From positions 2,790,001 to 2,854,000 of the forward strand of contig NC_092672.1 in the NCBI RefSeq assembly GCF_964355755.1: a stretch of 64,000 bases of DNA, in the 5' to 3' direction. The notes under the pieces were generated by a model, which saw nothing but the letters and a program-made list of their open reading frames with translations, made no database searches and had not been told where the DNA came from. Numbering within the stretch: the first letter of the stretch is position 1; each line of letters begins with the position of its first letter. Positions 50,519-63,412 of the stretch are shown here, in pieces. This stretch comes from Antedon mediterranea (taxonomy: Eukaryota; Animalia; Echinodermata). A program made the translations under genes and the position numbers.

Positions 50519-52395
50519 TATAAGGAATGATTAATTGAGAGATATATATTATTGTAATGTTTTCTGATCCGTATTCCCGCATTATTCTAAACCAATATTA
50601 ATATAGGTCATAATGTCTCCTGCTGTCAAATCCAAGAAGTCGCATTTCCCTCATCAGCGCATTTTTATGATTTTCGTCCATAATGGCATGCCCTTTAAAA
50701 TTCTCTGCGTAAATACAAAGCCGCTCGCCGCTCTTAATCAGCTTAGACTGTGCGGCACATAACCAAGTCAATACAACACGTAATAAATTATTAAACCAAA
50801 TAACAAACACACAGTTGACACAGTATATTAAAAGTTTACATATTAAAAAAATCGTAACATTCTAAAAACTAGGCTAATGATTTTATCACTTCCCAAGAAC
50901 AAGAATAGTTATTTTTTCGCTTTTATCGTCAATATTTATGCGTTTTGGCTGATTTTACTTATTGAACTTCACCGATGATCTAATTTTTTTTTTTTGCTTT
51001 CTATTTATAGTTAAAAGCAAGCTTCCTCCTTAGTGCATCATTCGTTTTTCTAATTTTTTTATTGAAACTAAATCCTTAGCATTTTAATTTTTTACGGTGA
51101 ATATTTCAATGTATTAATAGTACCTTTTAAGTTAACCTACTTCAGGTAGGTTTCTGATACAGCTTCTGAAACTTGTAACCAATGGAATATATTGCGACAT
51201 TCGCAATCAAGGAGGCACTTCATTATGCTACAGGCTGACTTAATGTAACTGTTCTTCGGCTTGAACGTTTAACCTTTTGTTCCGTAGGTTTTGTCAAACC
51301 AATGCCCTTCAAACATCGAAGATATTACAAAAAAAGAATCAATGAATGAACGTTAAATCAGGGTATATAGTCAATCTTATTACTAATACCCAGTCCAATG
51401 ATTACGATTCTGGATTTAAAGAGGCGTGCGTTTCTAGAGTATGTATTGAGCATAGCCAGGGGTAAAGCCTGATGAATTGAGAAATTAATTGTAGGTTTGG
51501 TATCAGAAGAAGAATTAGAAATGAAACATGAACGTTTCTGTAACGAGTAGAAATATATCAATATTCTATTGTTGTTTTAGTTACGTTTGAAAACATATCT
51601 AACTACTGTATCTATACTGTGTTATTGTTTGAACGCGGTCAGTAGTACACCTGTTAATGGACACCTTTATGACCCAGTAATGTGTCCTATTAATATCGGT
51701 GTTCTTTGTTGGCCATAGACATATATTGCCTCATGTTCGTTCTATTGTATATTTGTATAATAGAATAATGAATTTAATGTGTGAAATGACTCAAATCTGT
51801 ATTTTTTTTTAAATAATTGGCGTCGTAATTGAGCTCTTCTACTATTTGACACTAGTTTGATTCCTGAGTGATTTTAGCATTTTTATTACTTCAAATTGGT
51901 TTGTTTTTGTGACCTACCTTAGCGTTATACTTTTATAATTAATATACAGTCAATTAATAGGCTTTACAGATAACAATGGCAATCTTAGGCTCTTGTCGTA
52001 ACACTTAAACCAAAGTATCCGTCCTACTTATTACTGTACATGAAATCCAAAGACCCATCCTAATCCAGAGATTAGTTCTACCCCTATCCTTTAAACCAAA
52101 GTAACCATCATACTTAATACTGTACAGTACTGTACATGAAATCTAAAAGCTCCAGTTCTACCTCTCTACCTCTATCCTCTTGTCATGTCTGTCAAGCTTC
52201 TACTGTATAATAATGATAGAAAAAATAAAGTATACGATGAGATCTGGGGAGTAATTACACTATACATTTATGAAAATGCAGGCTGCTGTATATATGATTA
52301 TGTTTGAATTCCTATGACACTCTGCCTGTTATTATGACAGATTACAGAGCTGCAGTCAAAGTAATCAGTGAACCTTACAATCTGTTTGCACCCAG

Positions 52396-52953
52396 CCTAG
52401 TTATTATGCAGATGTGTTTGGGGATGTAAAAGCTCTGACAAAAATAAGTGTGCTCTTCCCAAATATGGTAGTGATATTCCCAAATATGGTAGTGATATGA
52501 CATCATCTTACTCATATATGGGCGCATCACATTTTTTTGTCACATAAAGTTTGATAGTGTAGACAATCCTTTAGGCTTCCCATCCTAGTTATTATGCAGA
52601 TGTGTTTGGGGATGTAAAGCTCTGACAAAATAAGTGTGCTGTTCCCAAATATGGTAGTGATATTCCCAAATATGGTAGTGATATGACATCATCTTACTCA
52701 TATATGGGCGCATCACATTTTTTTGTTACATAAAGTTTGATAGTGTAGACAATCCTTTAGGCTTCCCATCCTAGTTATTATGCAGATGTGTTTGGGGATG
52801 TAAAAGCTCTGACAAAAATAAGTGTTCTGTTCCCAAATATGGTAGTGATATTCCCAAATAGGGTGGTGATATGACATCATCTTACTCATATATGGGCACA
52901 TCACATTTTTTTGTCACATAAAGTTTGATAGTGTAGACAATCCTTTAGGCTTC
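52396..52953. repeat. Tandem triplication (unit of about 187 bp) containing a family-A MITE
   Basis: Units start at 52396, 52584 and 52770. Each is cctagttattatgcagatgtgtttggggatgtaa + MITE + atcctttaggcttc. Confidence 0.92.
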
Positions 52954-53034
52954 ACAAAGAAGGTCATTGTTAAACGTTCATTGCATAATTATAATGAGGA
53001 AGGGGAAAGTGATATGATGCTTTTGTGTTCAAAG

Positions 53035-53470
53035 AAAATGTGGAACAGAAAGCTGCAATTGAAGAATGTCTGTGTTTTCACCCAGCCTAGTTATGCAGAT
53101 GCGTTTGGGGATGTTAGGAATAACAATAAAAAGGATTGTGAGAGTTAGTTATTTGCGTAATTACAGTATGTTTGAGAAGGGGCGAGATATAATGATAGTG
53201 CTATTGTTGAGGAAAATGTGGAACGGAAAGTGAAGATTGAAGTATTTCTGTGTTTTCACCCAGCCTAGTTATGTAGATGCGTTTGGGGATGTTAGGAATA
53301 ACAATAAAAACGATTGTGAGAGTTAGTTTACGTAATTATATTTGAGAAGGGGCGAGATTTAATGATAGTGCTATTGTTGAGGAAAATGTGGAACGGAAAG
53401 TGAAGTATTTCTGTGTTTTCACCCAGCCTAGTTATGTAGATCTGTTTGGGGATGTTAGGAATAACAATAT
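53035..53470. repeat. Tandem repeat of about 170-178 bp (about 2.5 copies)
   Basis: aaaatgtggaac.gaaag...gtgttttcacccagcctagttatg.agat..gtttggggatgttaggaataacaata at about 53035, 53213 and 53383. Confidence 0.85.
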
Positions 53471-54893
53471 GAGATTTAGTTATCTGTGCATATTATCTTG
53501 CGTTGAAACTAAAGCAATTATTGCAGTATTTCTGCCTCAATGTTGCAAAACCAATTCCATTCCATTCCACATCCAAAACAATGGCTCTATAGTAGTCTGG
53601 GAGGCTCCACCCATTTTTGTGACTTGTACCATTTTTGAATAGGATATTTCTATTACTTTTTTTATTACATTAATTTTATTCAAAACATAGATCTCATTGG
53701 GTATCATTCTATTCTTTGATTGGAAGTATGTTTTAAAATAGGAAAAACGATTATAAATTTGTTTCGTAAAATCATACATTGAAATCAATATTGTGATATG
53801 AAAAAACTGAATTGATAATATTCAAACACAAACTTGTGATTTACGATAATTATAATATTAACAATGATGGCGGTACAACTAATAATAGAAAGGTGTTGTT
53901 AAAATTATTTATGTGCTTCATTTTTTTCAATTAAGGATTGAATAAAGCGTTGTTCGTACAGAGGCAGATAATCAATGATTGGCCGATTGATTGACCTACC
54001 GGTTCACCCAACCTACATATACTAATTCTCTCTGTGGATTTCTCCCACTAATCACGTATGTAAAAATTAAAGAAATGAGGATATACATGACTACGGGAGA
54101 CAAACATGTTATCATGTTACATATCAAATTCATTCTACACCCCCACACAAACAAACATTAACATAAACAGCAACTATTTAGTTTAGAATAGATAAGATTC
54201 AATAGTATTATATATTTCATTCTATGACCCACACAAACAAATTAACAATTAAACTTTTTGAGATAATTGTTACACAAAATAGTGTACAGAAACAATAATA
54301 ACAACAATAAAGATTTCATACAATAACAATAGGTGATCATTTTATTCTAAATGATCACCTAATAAACATGAATAACTACTTGTATTTAGTTAATTACACA
54401 ACAATTTTGAAGATTGAAATATTAATATTATATTTTATTCTACGACAAATATACACGCAGACAAACATGAAACAACTATTTAGTTAATATGACAATTTGG
54501 AAATGAAAATGTGACAAATATGATATCATATCACATGTCAACAACTACTAATATTAAATTTCATATTCGTCTATGACCTACACATAAAATAAAATAAAAA
54601 ATACTCGGTTAGTTAATATGAAAATTAAAATTCTGAAGATTAAATGATTGTATTAATGATGGAATGACGTAATATGATACTATACGGTCTGAATACAGCG
54701 ATATGATATTTTTTACATTGATAATCGTTTCAGATTTCAAACATATGATACCGTCTTTTTACAGCATTTGTGTTGCACTAGAGTACCATTGCCTTCAGTT
54801 ACTATCTTCATTATTGTCATATTTTAACAAGCAATCTTTCTGTACTGTGCATGCATCTGTCTATCATCACTACCTAGACTTTCTTGTATGTAA

Positions 54894-54975
54894 AGCTTGG
54901 TTCCCAGTAGGACGCAACGCAAGGACGAAAGTGCAACGCAAGCGTGTTGACCAATGACAAGCGAGAGTTCAGATA
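54894..54975. mobile_element. Family-B MITE, left half
   Basis: taa|agcttggttcccagtaggacgcaacgcaaggacg...gaccaatgacaagcga matches the element starting at 37734. Confidence 0.75.
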
Positions 54976-56276
54976 ATCCATCTCTTATGATCACATCAGG
55001 AATTTCCCAAAAGTAAAGCAACCACATAAGAAATTTCTCAAAATAAGTAACCGCATCAAGAATTTCCAAAATGACTGGCTGGTCAACAGCTTGTAGATTA
55101 TTTCTGGTTCACACGTCGTCATGTCTCTCATTAATTCTTCAATAATTATGGTTTGTAAAAAAGATGTTTCCAGAATTATTGTTAGATAGAATATGCATGA
55201 AAGTGCAATACTATTAAAGGTATACCGTGCCTATGGAAGCGTATCAAAAGATAACTGGTTTCTAGTTGTGTTTTGCACCAGTTGTGTTTGACCCAATGGT
55301 TATCGTTTTAATGACTTCAATCAGGTTCCTTACACTTTTTGTAAAGAATCTTTTGATCATGGTCAGTTTAGAATTTCTTTTACTGGATCAAATTTGTGAA
55401 ATAATTTGTCATTACATATTAAAATATATACCATTAAAAGGCAATTAAAAAAATGTAATGCAGCTATTTTTGTATTCGAATGGTAAATTGTAAACGGATT
55501 GTGCTCGCAGCAAAAAAAAAATTTTTTATTAAGAACAATCTCAACGCTAAAAATACTCTGTTAAATAACTATACTCAGTAGTAAAGCCTCAATCGAATAC
55601 GACAAATTATAATTTTTTAATAGCATCAATCACAAATCGGTTGAGAACATTTTAGTGGTGGTTATCCCTATGCATACTGTAGTTTTAACTGAAATTGTTC
55701 TGTTTTCACACTGTGCTAAAACAAAGAAAGTAGATTTGCTTTAAATACACTAAATCCTTATAATCACTTTGTTTTAAAATCCTTGTTCATTGAATTTGTT
55801 CTATAATATTCTTTTGTTGTTGAATCAATTTGATTTGGAATTGTATAATATAAACAGTTAGCACACTCAATTAGTTACTAGACTGTTAAAGTGCAAATCC
55901 CACACATAATGATGACGTGTAGACAACTAATGCTTAAAGTACTTTCAACTTCTTATTAGATATAATCATCTGCCGCGTGTACTTATAAGTAGTGCGGCTC
56001 GTTTCAGTCTTGATCGAACTCGGCATGCCCAATTCAAATTATCAATAGCCATTGTGTGACCTCTGACCCTTGTCCCATCCACCAGTGAGATGTATAGCAG
56101 TTGCCATTGGTCACCCATGATACCACCTGCCTTACCAATTTTTTTTTTTCAAAACAATTTAAAATGGTCATATTTGATTGTTTGTTGTCGTTGACATTGC
56201 TTGTTTCGATTCCTTGAGTATCTGATTTGTTCTTCACTAGTAAAATTTCCTTTTTCTCTGAACCCACATTTTCTTA

Positions 56277-56424
56277 AGCTTTGTCCACACTATCAAAAAA
56301 TAGTGTGATGTGCCCAAATATGGTAGTGATATGTCCAAATATGGTAGTGATATGTCCAAATATGGTAGTGATATGACATAATATATGAGCACATCACATA
56401 AAGTTTGATAGTGTAAACAGAGCT
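56277..56424. mobile_element. Family-A MITE
   Basis: tta|agctttgtccacactatcaaa ... tttgatagtgtaaacagagct|tta. Confidence 0.85.
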
Positions 56425-58777
56425 TTAGCTCCTCTCTGTGTAATGATTCACTAATATGCATTGCTAGCCATGCGTTGCGTTTTGTATATAAAATTTAAAA
56501 CATTGATTTTGCTGTAGGTATATTTTATACTTTATTTTAGACTATGTATCACTCAGTAGTACTAGTACGTCTATCTAAATCTAAATTCTGTTCAGCTGTG
56601 CTAAAGTATATTCAATTCTTTTGACCCAAAAAAGACCTAAAATGCTGCTACTAAAATAAAGAGGTTTTATGAAACTTGTGGTTATTATTTGGTTTAATTA
56701 GAATATATTAATATTCATAGGATCAGATTCTAATAACCTACTCTAGACTAAATCATTATATATTGATTATTTATCAAGAAATGTTTTTTAAATTTTTGCT
56801 TGAGGATTTTAAAATAATGTTTGCCCACTAGTTGTATTAAAATTTTGTGTAGAAATAGAAGTAAAATTCTGGTTATATATTCGATCGATAGTAAAGTTCT
56901 GGGTTAAAGTTTGTTTCAGTACCTTTTTAGATAATTTTAAACGATACCAGCCGAAGGATAGTAATAACCAGCCCAACTCAACTTTAGTTTACATTACAAA
57001 TAAGATAGTTTAGGCAAAAAAATACATTTTATTTATTTAATTTTAAGAGGGACTGTACAGTGCATCAATAACACCTTTTGGGCACAAAATCTTTTACAAC
57101 TGCTGTGCATTAGGCCTATAGTACAATGATTACCACATACTGTAGTTAGATTTTGTATTAAATCAATCATCTAAATCTATTCTTCACTGGGAAGAGCTTT
57201 AAACATAATTATGTTTATTATTAGTGGTGTTTTAATTCTTTTTATATTATACACCAGGGAATAATAATATAAGACAATAGAAAGTGTTCATTTCTTGTCC
57301 CATTAATGAAAGAAACTGTCACTTTATCAGATCTATAATTTTAGAATTTTAGTGGTTATGTGGCTTGCCACCTGTCCTCTAACCTGACAATCACTGGTTC
57401 AATTCCAGACGGAGTTGTGTATAAAGTTGGGAGCAGCTGGTGTGATTGTACAACCCGGCATGCATTCTGGAGACATTCAGTTCGCAGGCAATACAAAACA
57501 ACTTACGTTTAGTTTACGGGCAAACTTATGTAATGCTCAAAGTAATACATGATCATCTAGTTAAAATTCAGTTTTACGCTAATTAGAATAATAGCTTTAT
57601 AATTCATTAACAATGGTAGCCCAAAGCCAAATGATTTTTACGATGAAGCATTTGCCAGGCACTCATCAGTTACTGCACATAGCTGTTACCTACATCTAGA
57701 GCCTGGGTTTTTGTTGTTAATGATGGCAAGATATTAACTTGTGATTTATATGTCGTGGGCTTGTCATTTAGCTTCTCTAATGTACTGCCTCATTCAGGCT
57801 AAGCCTATGGATATACAAGGTCTTCTGCAGTGTAACCTCTACCTACATAATTCACATTGTCAACAGTATTGGATTTACTGCCAGATTCTCCTTCCTTTTA
57901 TTGTGTACCTGCTTTCTTTATTGTAGTCTTTTATTTATGGAAGTTTTTTATTTGTAACCATTCTATACATTAATCTTACAGTGCTCCATTATTCCACCAA
58001 TCAACTCTTTGTTAACCCTTTAATTTCAATGTTTGTTATTTTCGCAGCCCATTTTTTTATACAGCCTTAATTACTGTATGTAGCAATTTTTTATATTAAG
58101 TTAGTTTACTAACTACTTTGTTGCATTTTTTTTATGTTGCCATTTATTTTAACTTAAATTTCCTTAATAATTTTTCAAGATCATAAATTCTTACTATTTA
58201 ATTGTTTATTTTTTAATTCAGGAGTTTAATATTTTAATTTTACGAGGGTTTCATTTCATACAATTTATATTTTATTATTAAACGCTTGCAAACATTTGAT
58301 ATGGTAGTAAACTTATAGCTAAGTATTTAATTGTTTAAAAACAGAGGTATACAATAAACCGAAACAGTCTAGGAGGACAGAAAGATTCTGTAAGGACGAA
58401 TATTAAGAAGCTCTATAGTAAAATATAACTGTTTTCCCTTTGACAAACAAATAGTTTGAAGTAAGTAAGGGTTGGGAATGTTTATTATAAACTTATGGGA
58501 ATTTACCTTTTCCATTTGGAAAGGTCATTTACTGGGTTAATCACTTTCCCTGTTCACTTCCTGACATTATACAATCCATTCCCAGATTCATTCAAGGCTT
58601 TCCCCCATCTGTGCTTCCTCCCATTCTGTTCCGAGACTGCATTGTCATTTTCCTTGCTCTGTTTACCTTGGGAAGCAAATAAGGAAATTGGATGGGGAAA
58701 ATAAAACTGAAAGCTGTTGGGAAATCTATTGTATGTGATCAGATCAGACAGATTGTATGCGATGGTACATGGATACG

Positions 58778-59143
58778 TCTATTACTTTTTAATATATAAG
58801 TAAAAATAACTTTTACATCATGATTGAATTGAATTGAATTATATTTAAATGGAATTAAACAATATAAAAGTAATATTTAAAAATAAAATCCTATATATGA
58901 CCCAAATCATACTTTATATAAATGTAGGGTGATTTTTCAAAAAAGACTATATTTTAGATAAGAATATGAGTCTATTACTTTTTATTTGTATTGTAAAAAT
59001 GAAATTTAAATCTTAAAATAATTGAATAAAGTAAATTCTATTTTAACGGAATTAAACAATATAAAAGTAAAATCTAAAAATAAAATCCTATGTACCCAAA
59101 TCATACTTTATATAAAAGTAGGGTGATTTTTAAAAATAGACTA
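58778..59143. repeat. Diverged tandem duplication of about 193 bp
   Basis: tctattactttt...ggaattaaacaatataaaagtaa...cccaaatcatactttatataaa.gtagggtgatttt at 58778 and 58971. Confidence 0.8.
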
Positions 59144-60030
59144 CTGTATATAATTAAAAAGAACCTCATTAACTGCACTCAGCACGAGTCTGCTTCAATT
59201 GTGCTTATGGGAGCATTAAAAACTAATTCGTACGAAAATCATATTTCTGACATAAAAGTATGCCGCTTGAATTCACTATGAATGGAAAATAACTAGAGAC
59301 ATATTAATGTCAATGAAAAATATATGTCGGGTAATTGATGACTTTTAATTTTTTTATTTATTGAATGATGGTTCAGAACCGTTTTTTTTTTGTATAAAAA
59401 CATTAATACTTTATTTTATTGATTATTTTATTATATCCAGTTAGATTATAAAAACAGATTATCTAGGTTTTAAGAATTAAGAGAATATTTAAGATGCAAT
59501 GAAAATGCACAATTTAAAATGTAACATTTGCTAAAACATAAAAAAAAATTACAGAATTTATATAAATTAAAATTCATACTTAATAATGTAGTTTTAATAA
59601 CCGTTGAAAATTATTTGAATATTTAATTCTTTTCATTTGATTGATTAAAAAAAAATGTATGCTAAGAAATACATCTGTCCATGCTTTAGAACATAAGGCT
59701 GTGTTTAGTATATGATTTGGACCTAGGTCCTGTGTTTGGTAGGCAAGAAAGCAGGTTAACTACCACCACATTACACATTATTCAATTACCATTCATAAAT
59801 ATATTGAAAAGCAAAAAGGCATTAAAAAAGTGATTGGTACTGGCGTGCTGTGGTGTCAAACCAAGTAGATATCTCGATCTGCATATTTATTTTTTGGCTT
59901 GGAATTGGTCTGTTAAGCAGGTTGAGGTTCAACAGAATTACATCTTCAATTTATATTGCTATAAACTTAATGTATTTAAAATGGCATAATGGAAGTTTAT
60001 CGTGTTAACCTTTTTTTGAATTAATTCTAG

Positions 60031-60102
60031 GAATTTCCAATCCCAGAACAAGTATTGAAAACCACATTTATGTCGGTTGTTGGTGCTCTTCTTGACGAGC
60101 AG
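60031..60102 (+). CDS. MRPL44: MRPL44 exon 6 (EFPIPEQVLKTTFMSVVGALLDEQ)
   Basis: ttctag| ... CAG|gtgagg, phase 0 to 0. Matches the recalled [21 protein letters not shown]. Confidence 0.92.
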
Positions 60103-60144
60103 GTGAGGACAGGTGTTGTATTTCATTTTATGTTTGTTGTCTAA

Positions 60145-60305
60145 AGCTCTGTCCACACTATCAAACTTTATGTGACAAAAAAAGGTGATGTGCCCATAGA
60201 TGGGCATGATGATGTCATATCATTACCATATTTCGGCATATCACTACCATATTTTGGCACATCACACTTTTTTTGTCAAACTAGTTTGATAGTATAGACA
60301 GAGCA
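60145..60305. mobile_element. Family-A MITE (near full length)
   Basis: taa|agctctgtccacactatcaaact ... agtttgatagtatagacagagca|tta. Confidence 0.88.
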
Positions 60306-60573
60306 TTACACAATATCAATATTGCTTTGGTTGAAAGATAAAATAATTTCCTAATATGAATTGCCTATTCAAATTTCTTGCAACTGGGAAGGGGACACTA
60401 TTAAGGGGACACTCTATAAAGTGTTTCCTATATATTTGCTGCTCCTGAAAGTAAAAAAAAGAAGGGATTTTCTTGTTTATTTAATAGATTTGTTTATGAC
60501 AAAAAGCCCCAAATAAATAGTATTATTTATGTACAATACATTAAAGAAATAAAATGGTAATTTACAATTCTAA

Positions 60574-60708
60574 AGCTGTGTCTATACTTTACACACTTTG
60601 ACAAAAAAAAGTGTGATGTGCCCAAATATGGTAGTGATATGACATCATCATGTCCATATATGGGCACATCACACATTTTTTTGTCACATAAAGTTTTATA
60701 GTGTAGAC
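60574..60708. mobile_element. Family-A MITE
   Basis: taa|agctgtgtctatact...cccaaatatggtagtgatatgacatcatc...atagtgtagac. Confidence 0.8.
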
Positions 60709-61728
60709 TTAACATAGAACTGACCAATTCATTATGTAGCTTGAATTGAATACTGAATATTGGTAAGAAAGGTCATGTGAATTGAGTTTAAAACAATTGT
60801 TTTATTCCATAATTATTATTGTAACCTAGATTACAGTTGTAAAACACAGCCATCATTGAGCCCTCATATATCTCTTCTACAGTATGACAAAGTAATAAAA
60901 ATATGCATGGTAAAATGTGCGTACTCTACGAAACCCATTAGCCTTGTATTGTAAAATTAGATACACACAAGTGGTTAGTGGATTAGTAAGGCTTTTAGGT
61001 TTTATTGTTGTGTGCTTTCTGTCTATTAGCAGGACCAAAATTAGGACAAGGTTGACAGAGTCATGCATCGTTATTAGAGGGAGACATTTATAATTTACTT
61101 GATCTCATATTGTATCCAATATCCTATACTGTATATTGTACGTTTAAGTTTAGTACATACTGTAAGAGGTATAGCTGACTCATTTGAATTTTGCTTAAGC
61201 TTGCCCTGTCCAGCATTTTTTTCATCTCTTTTTTATATATATTGTATTGATTTGCTGGTCAAATAAAATAAATTAAACATAATCTTATCCATCCATCCAT
61301 TTTCTCATGTATCACCCCATATGCATTGCTTAGTCTATTTTGTGCCTAGCTTACCTGGATAAACCAACAATGACCCTTTTTCCGAGGAGAGAGGGATACA
61401 ATTACAGAAAAAAAGAAATACTGTTGAGCACCCCTTTTGGATTATGATACTGTGCGCTACCCGCACCCTTATACCTTTGCCCTCATATCATAGAATACCA
61501 ACACCACTGTTTGTTGTTTTAACAACATCTGTGTGCCTGACTGTTTTAACAAACTGCACATGCATTTACATTGTGATGCTACCAAGTATGGCTGTCTGCA
61601 AAAAACAATGTTCGCAATATTTGTTTTCTCATTGCTCGATATATTTACTGTATTAGATTTGTAGTCGTGTACTGTATTGTTATTATTTTCTGCCATAAGA
61701 AATAGCCGTTCTTCAAATTTCTTTATAG

Positions 61729-61877
61729 GGTCCTGAGAAAGCAGGTTGTTTTGTGAAGGATTTCATCCTGGTACAATTGATTGGAAAAGATCTCATGCAA
61801 ATATGGAATCCAGTTGATCCAATGACCATCCTACTGGAGAACATTGACGACAGTAAAAGAGATCTAGTAGAACCTAG
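61729..61877 (+). CDS. MRPL44: MRPL44 exon 7 (GPEKAGCFVKDFILVQLIGKDLMQIWNPVDPMTILLE...EPR)
   Basis: ctttatag| ... AG|gtaaag, phase 0 to 2. Matches [26 protein letters not shown]...NPM. Confidence 0.93.
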
Positions 61878-61925
61878 GTAAAGTTTGGGAATATTGCCAG
61901 TTGCTATTGGTTATATACTTACTAA

Positions 61926-62049
61926 AGATGTATTGTCACCTAATAACATGAACAAATAAGATTAATGAAAAAAAAAAAAAGACTTTTATAATAGTAAAAC
62001 CACTTTAGTCACTAACAACAACAAAATTGTTCAGAGGGACAATATATTT
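61926..62049. mobile_element. Kolobok-like MITE, deleted copy
   Basis: ctaa|agatgtattgtcacc ... gggacaatatattt|ttaa, homologous to 15008-15269. Confidence 0.65.
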
Positions 62050-62175
62050 TTAACCGACCGATTATACATGCTTTTATTGGTTACCGCAAAATATATTAAA
62101 ATGATTTTTTATAATTATTCATTTTCCTTTTTATGTCATTAGTATGAAATGATTTTACCTCTTTAATTAATACAG

Positions 62176-62258
62176 GATTATGAGACAAGTTGGTGTCAAC
62201 ACAGCGGTGCCTGTATACGTTGTTGGGATATATTGCGATAAAAAGTTACTTGGATGGG
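62176..62258 (+). CDS. MRPL44: MRPL44 exon 8 (dsRBD: IMRQVGVNTAVPVYVVGIYCDKKLLGW)
   Basis: tacag| ... G|gtacgt, phase 2 to 1. Matches RQSG..TALPLYFVGLYCDKKLI. Confidence 0.93.
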
Positions 62259-62304
62259 GTACGTAGTTTGTGTTTTGTCACCCAATGATGACGATTCTCT
62301 ATCA

Positions 62305-62423
62305 GGAGTGCATTCCTGAATAAGAGTGTCCCCTGAATAAGAGTGTCTCCTTAATAGTAGTCTCCCTTGAATAGGAGTGTCCCCTTAATAAGAGTGTCCT
62401 CTGAATAGTAGTCTCCCCTGAAT
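62305..62423. repeat. Degenerate tandem repeat of about 17 bp (gagtgtcccctgaataa), probably transposon subterminal repeats
   Basis: About 7 imperfect copies. Related ggggacact motifs occur near 60390-60415. Confidence 0.7.
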
Positions 62424-62496
62424 ATGGTTGGAGAGTCTCTACTCTATCTCAAATCATCTTCATCACTAGTAACTGATTTTTTTTTTTACATTACAG

Positions 62497-62678
62497 CGGC
62501 AGGAGAATCTGTTTTAGTCGCTGAAGACGAAGCTTCCAGAGTTGTGTTGCGTAAAATGTTTAGGATAAGCGAAGGAAGTCCGCCCCTACCGTTAGATACC
62601 AACAAACATCCGCAGATTAACTCAACAGTTGTACAACATTTACAGATTTCACAGCGAGCACAGATTGCTGCGTCATGA
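62497..62678 (+). CDS. MRPL44: MRPL44 exon 9 (AGESVLVAEDEASRVVLRKMF...AAS*)
   Basis: ttacag| phase 1. Matches [20 protein letters not shown]. Total CDS is 1035 nt = 344 aa + stop. Confidence 0.93.
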
Positions 62679-62774
62679 TCAATGTATTTTTGGACTTTTA
62701 AATGCTGGAGTGCTCAAGTTAATGAGTAATGTTATAAGACGACCTCTTAAATATAACAAAAGGATCGATATGTA

Positions 62775-62870
62775 GTGGAGCTGTAGCTTGGTAGTTAACA
62801 TGATTGCCTTCCGATACCAAGGTTCAGGGTTCAATCCTGACCTAGTGCCAGGGCTGTAATTCTTTCAACT
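62775..62870 (+). mobile_element. tRNA-derived SINE remnant
   Basis: A-box-like tagcttggtag and B-box ggttcaatcc, followed by tgacctagtgccagggctgta. A related inverted fragment lies at about 34100-34147. Confidence 0.5.
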
Positions 62871-63230
62871 CTGGAGACCCACTTGATAGTTTGATTTAGT
62901 TCGCTTTTGGGAATCCTGTCTCTCTCTATTGTTTTTAATTTTTTTGTTATAATTATGTGAGACGAAATAAATGAAACGAAATGAACTCCACTCCACTTGA
63001 AGATTTGCTCGCTGTTGAATGCATATGAAATTAAAAATATGTAGGCAATATTTTGCATTGTGCTAAAAAAAAACAGCCACAGCATCCATTATGCACCACT
63101 TAACATCCCATAATAAACTCTCCGAAGCTACAGAAAAAATGTCTGCTTTCTGTAAAGTTTGATCTTTTTAGAATACAATTAAAAGAGTAGAATCAGAATC
63201 AGTGGGATAGTACCTGGTTTTTTTTTTAAT

Positions 63231-63412
63231 GCTGGAACAATAATATTATATTAAAGTTTATATACTAATGATAGAGGGCAGCATATGATATTTTAAAATG
63301 TTAAAACAAACTATTACGTCAACAAGTCGAGTGGCGTTTTTGTAAGAAATATTTCTTGTTGCTGGAACATAAATAAAAGTTTACTTATATACTAATGATA
63401 GAGGGCAGCATA
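63231..63412. repeat. Diverged duplication of about 130 bp
   Basis: gctggaaca...aaagttta...tatactaatgatagagggcagcata at 63231 and 63361. Confidence 0.75.

Noticed and set aside
57640-57670. Minus-strand CTGATGAG-TGCC-T-GGCA hammerhead-like start
   Set aside because: No GAAA after stem II and no stem I/III. CTGATGA at about 50651-50657 likewise lacks stem II.
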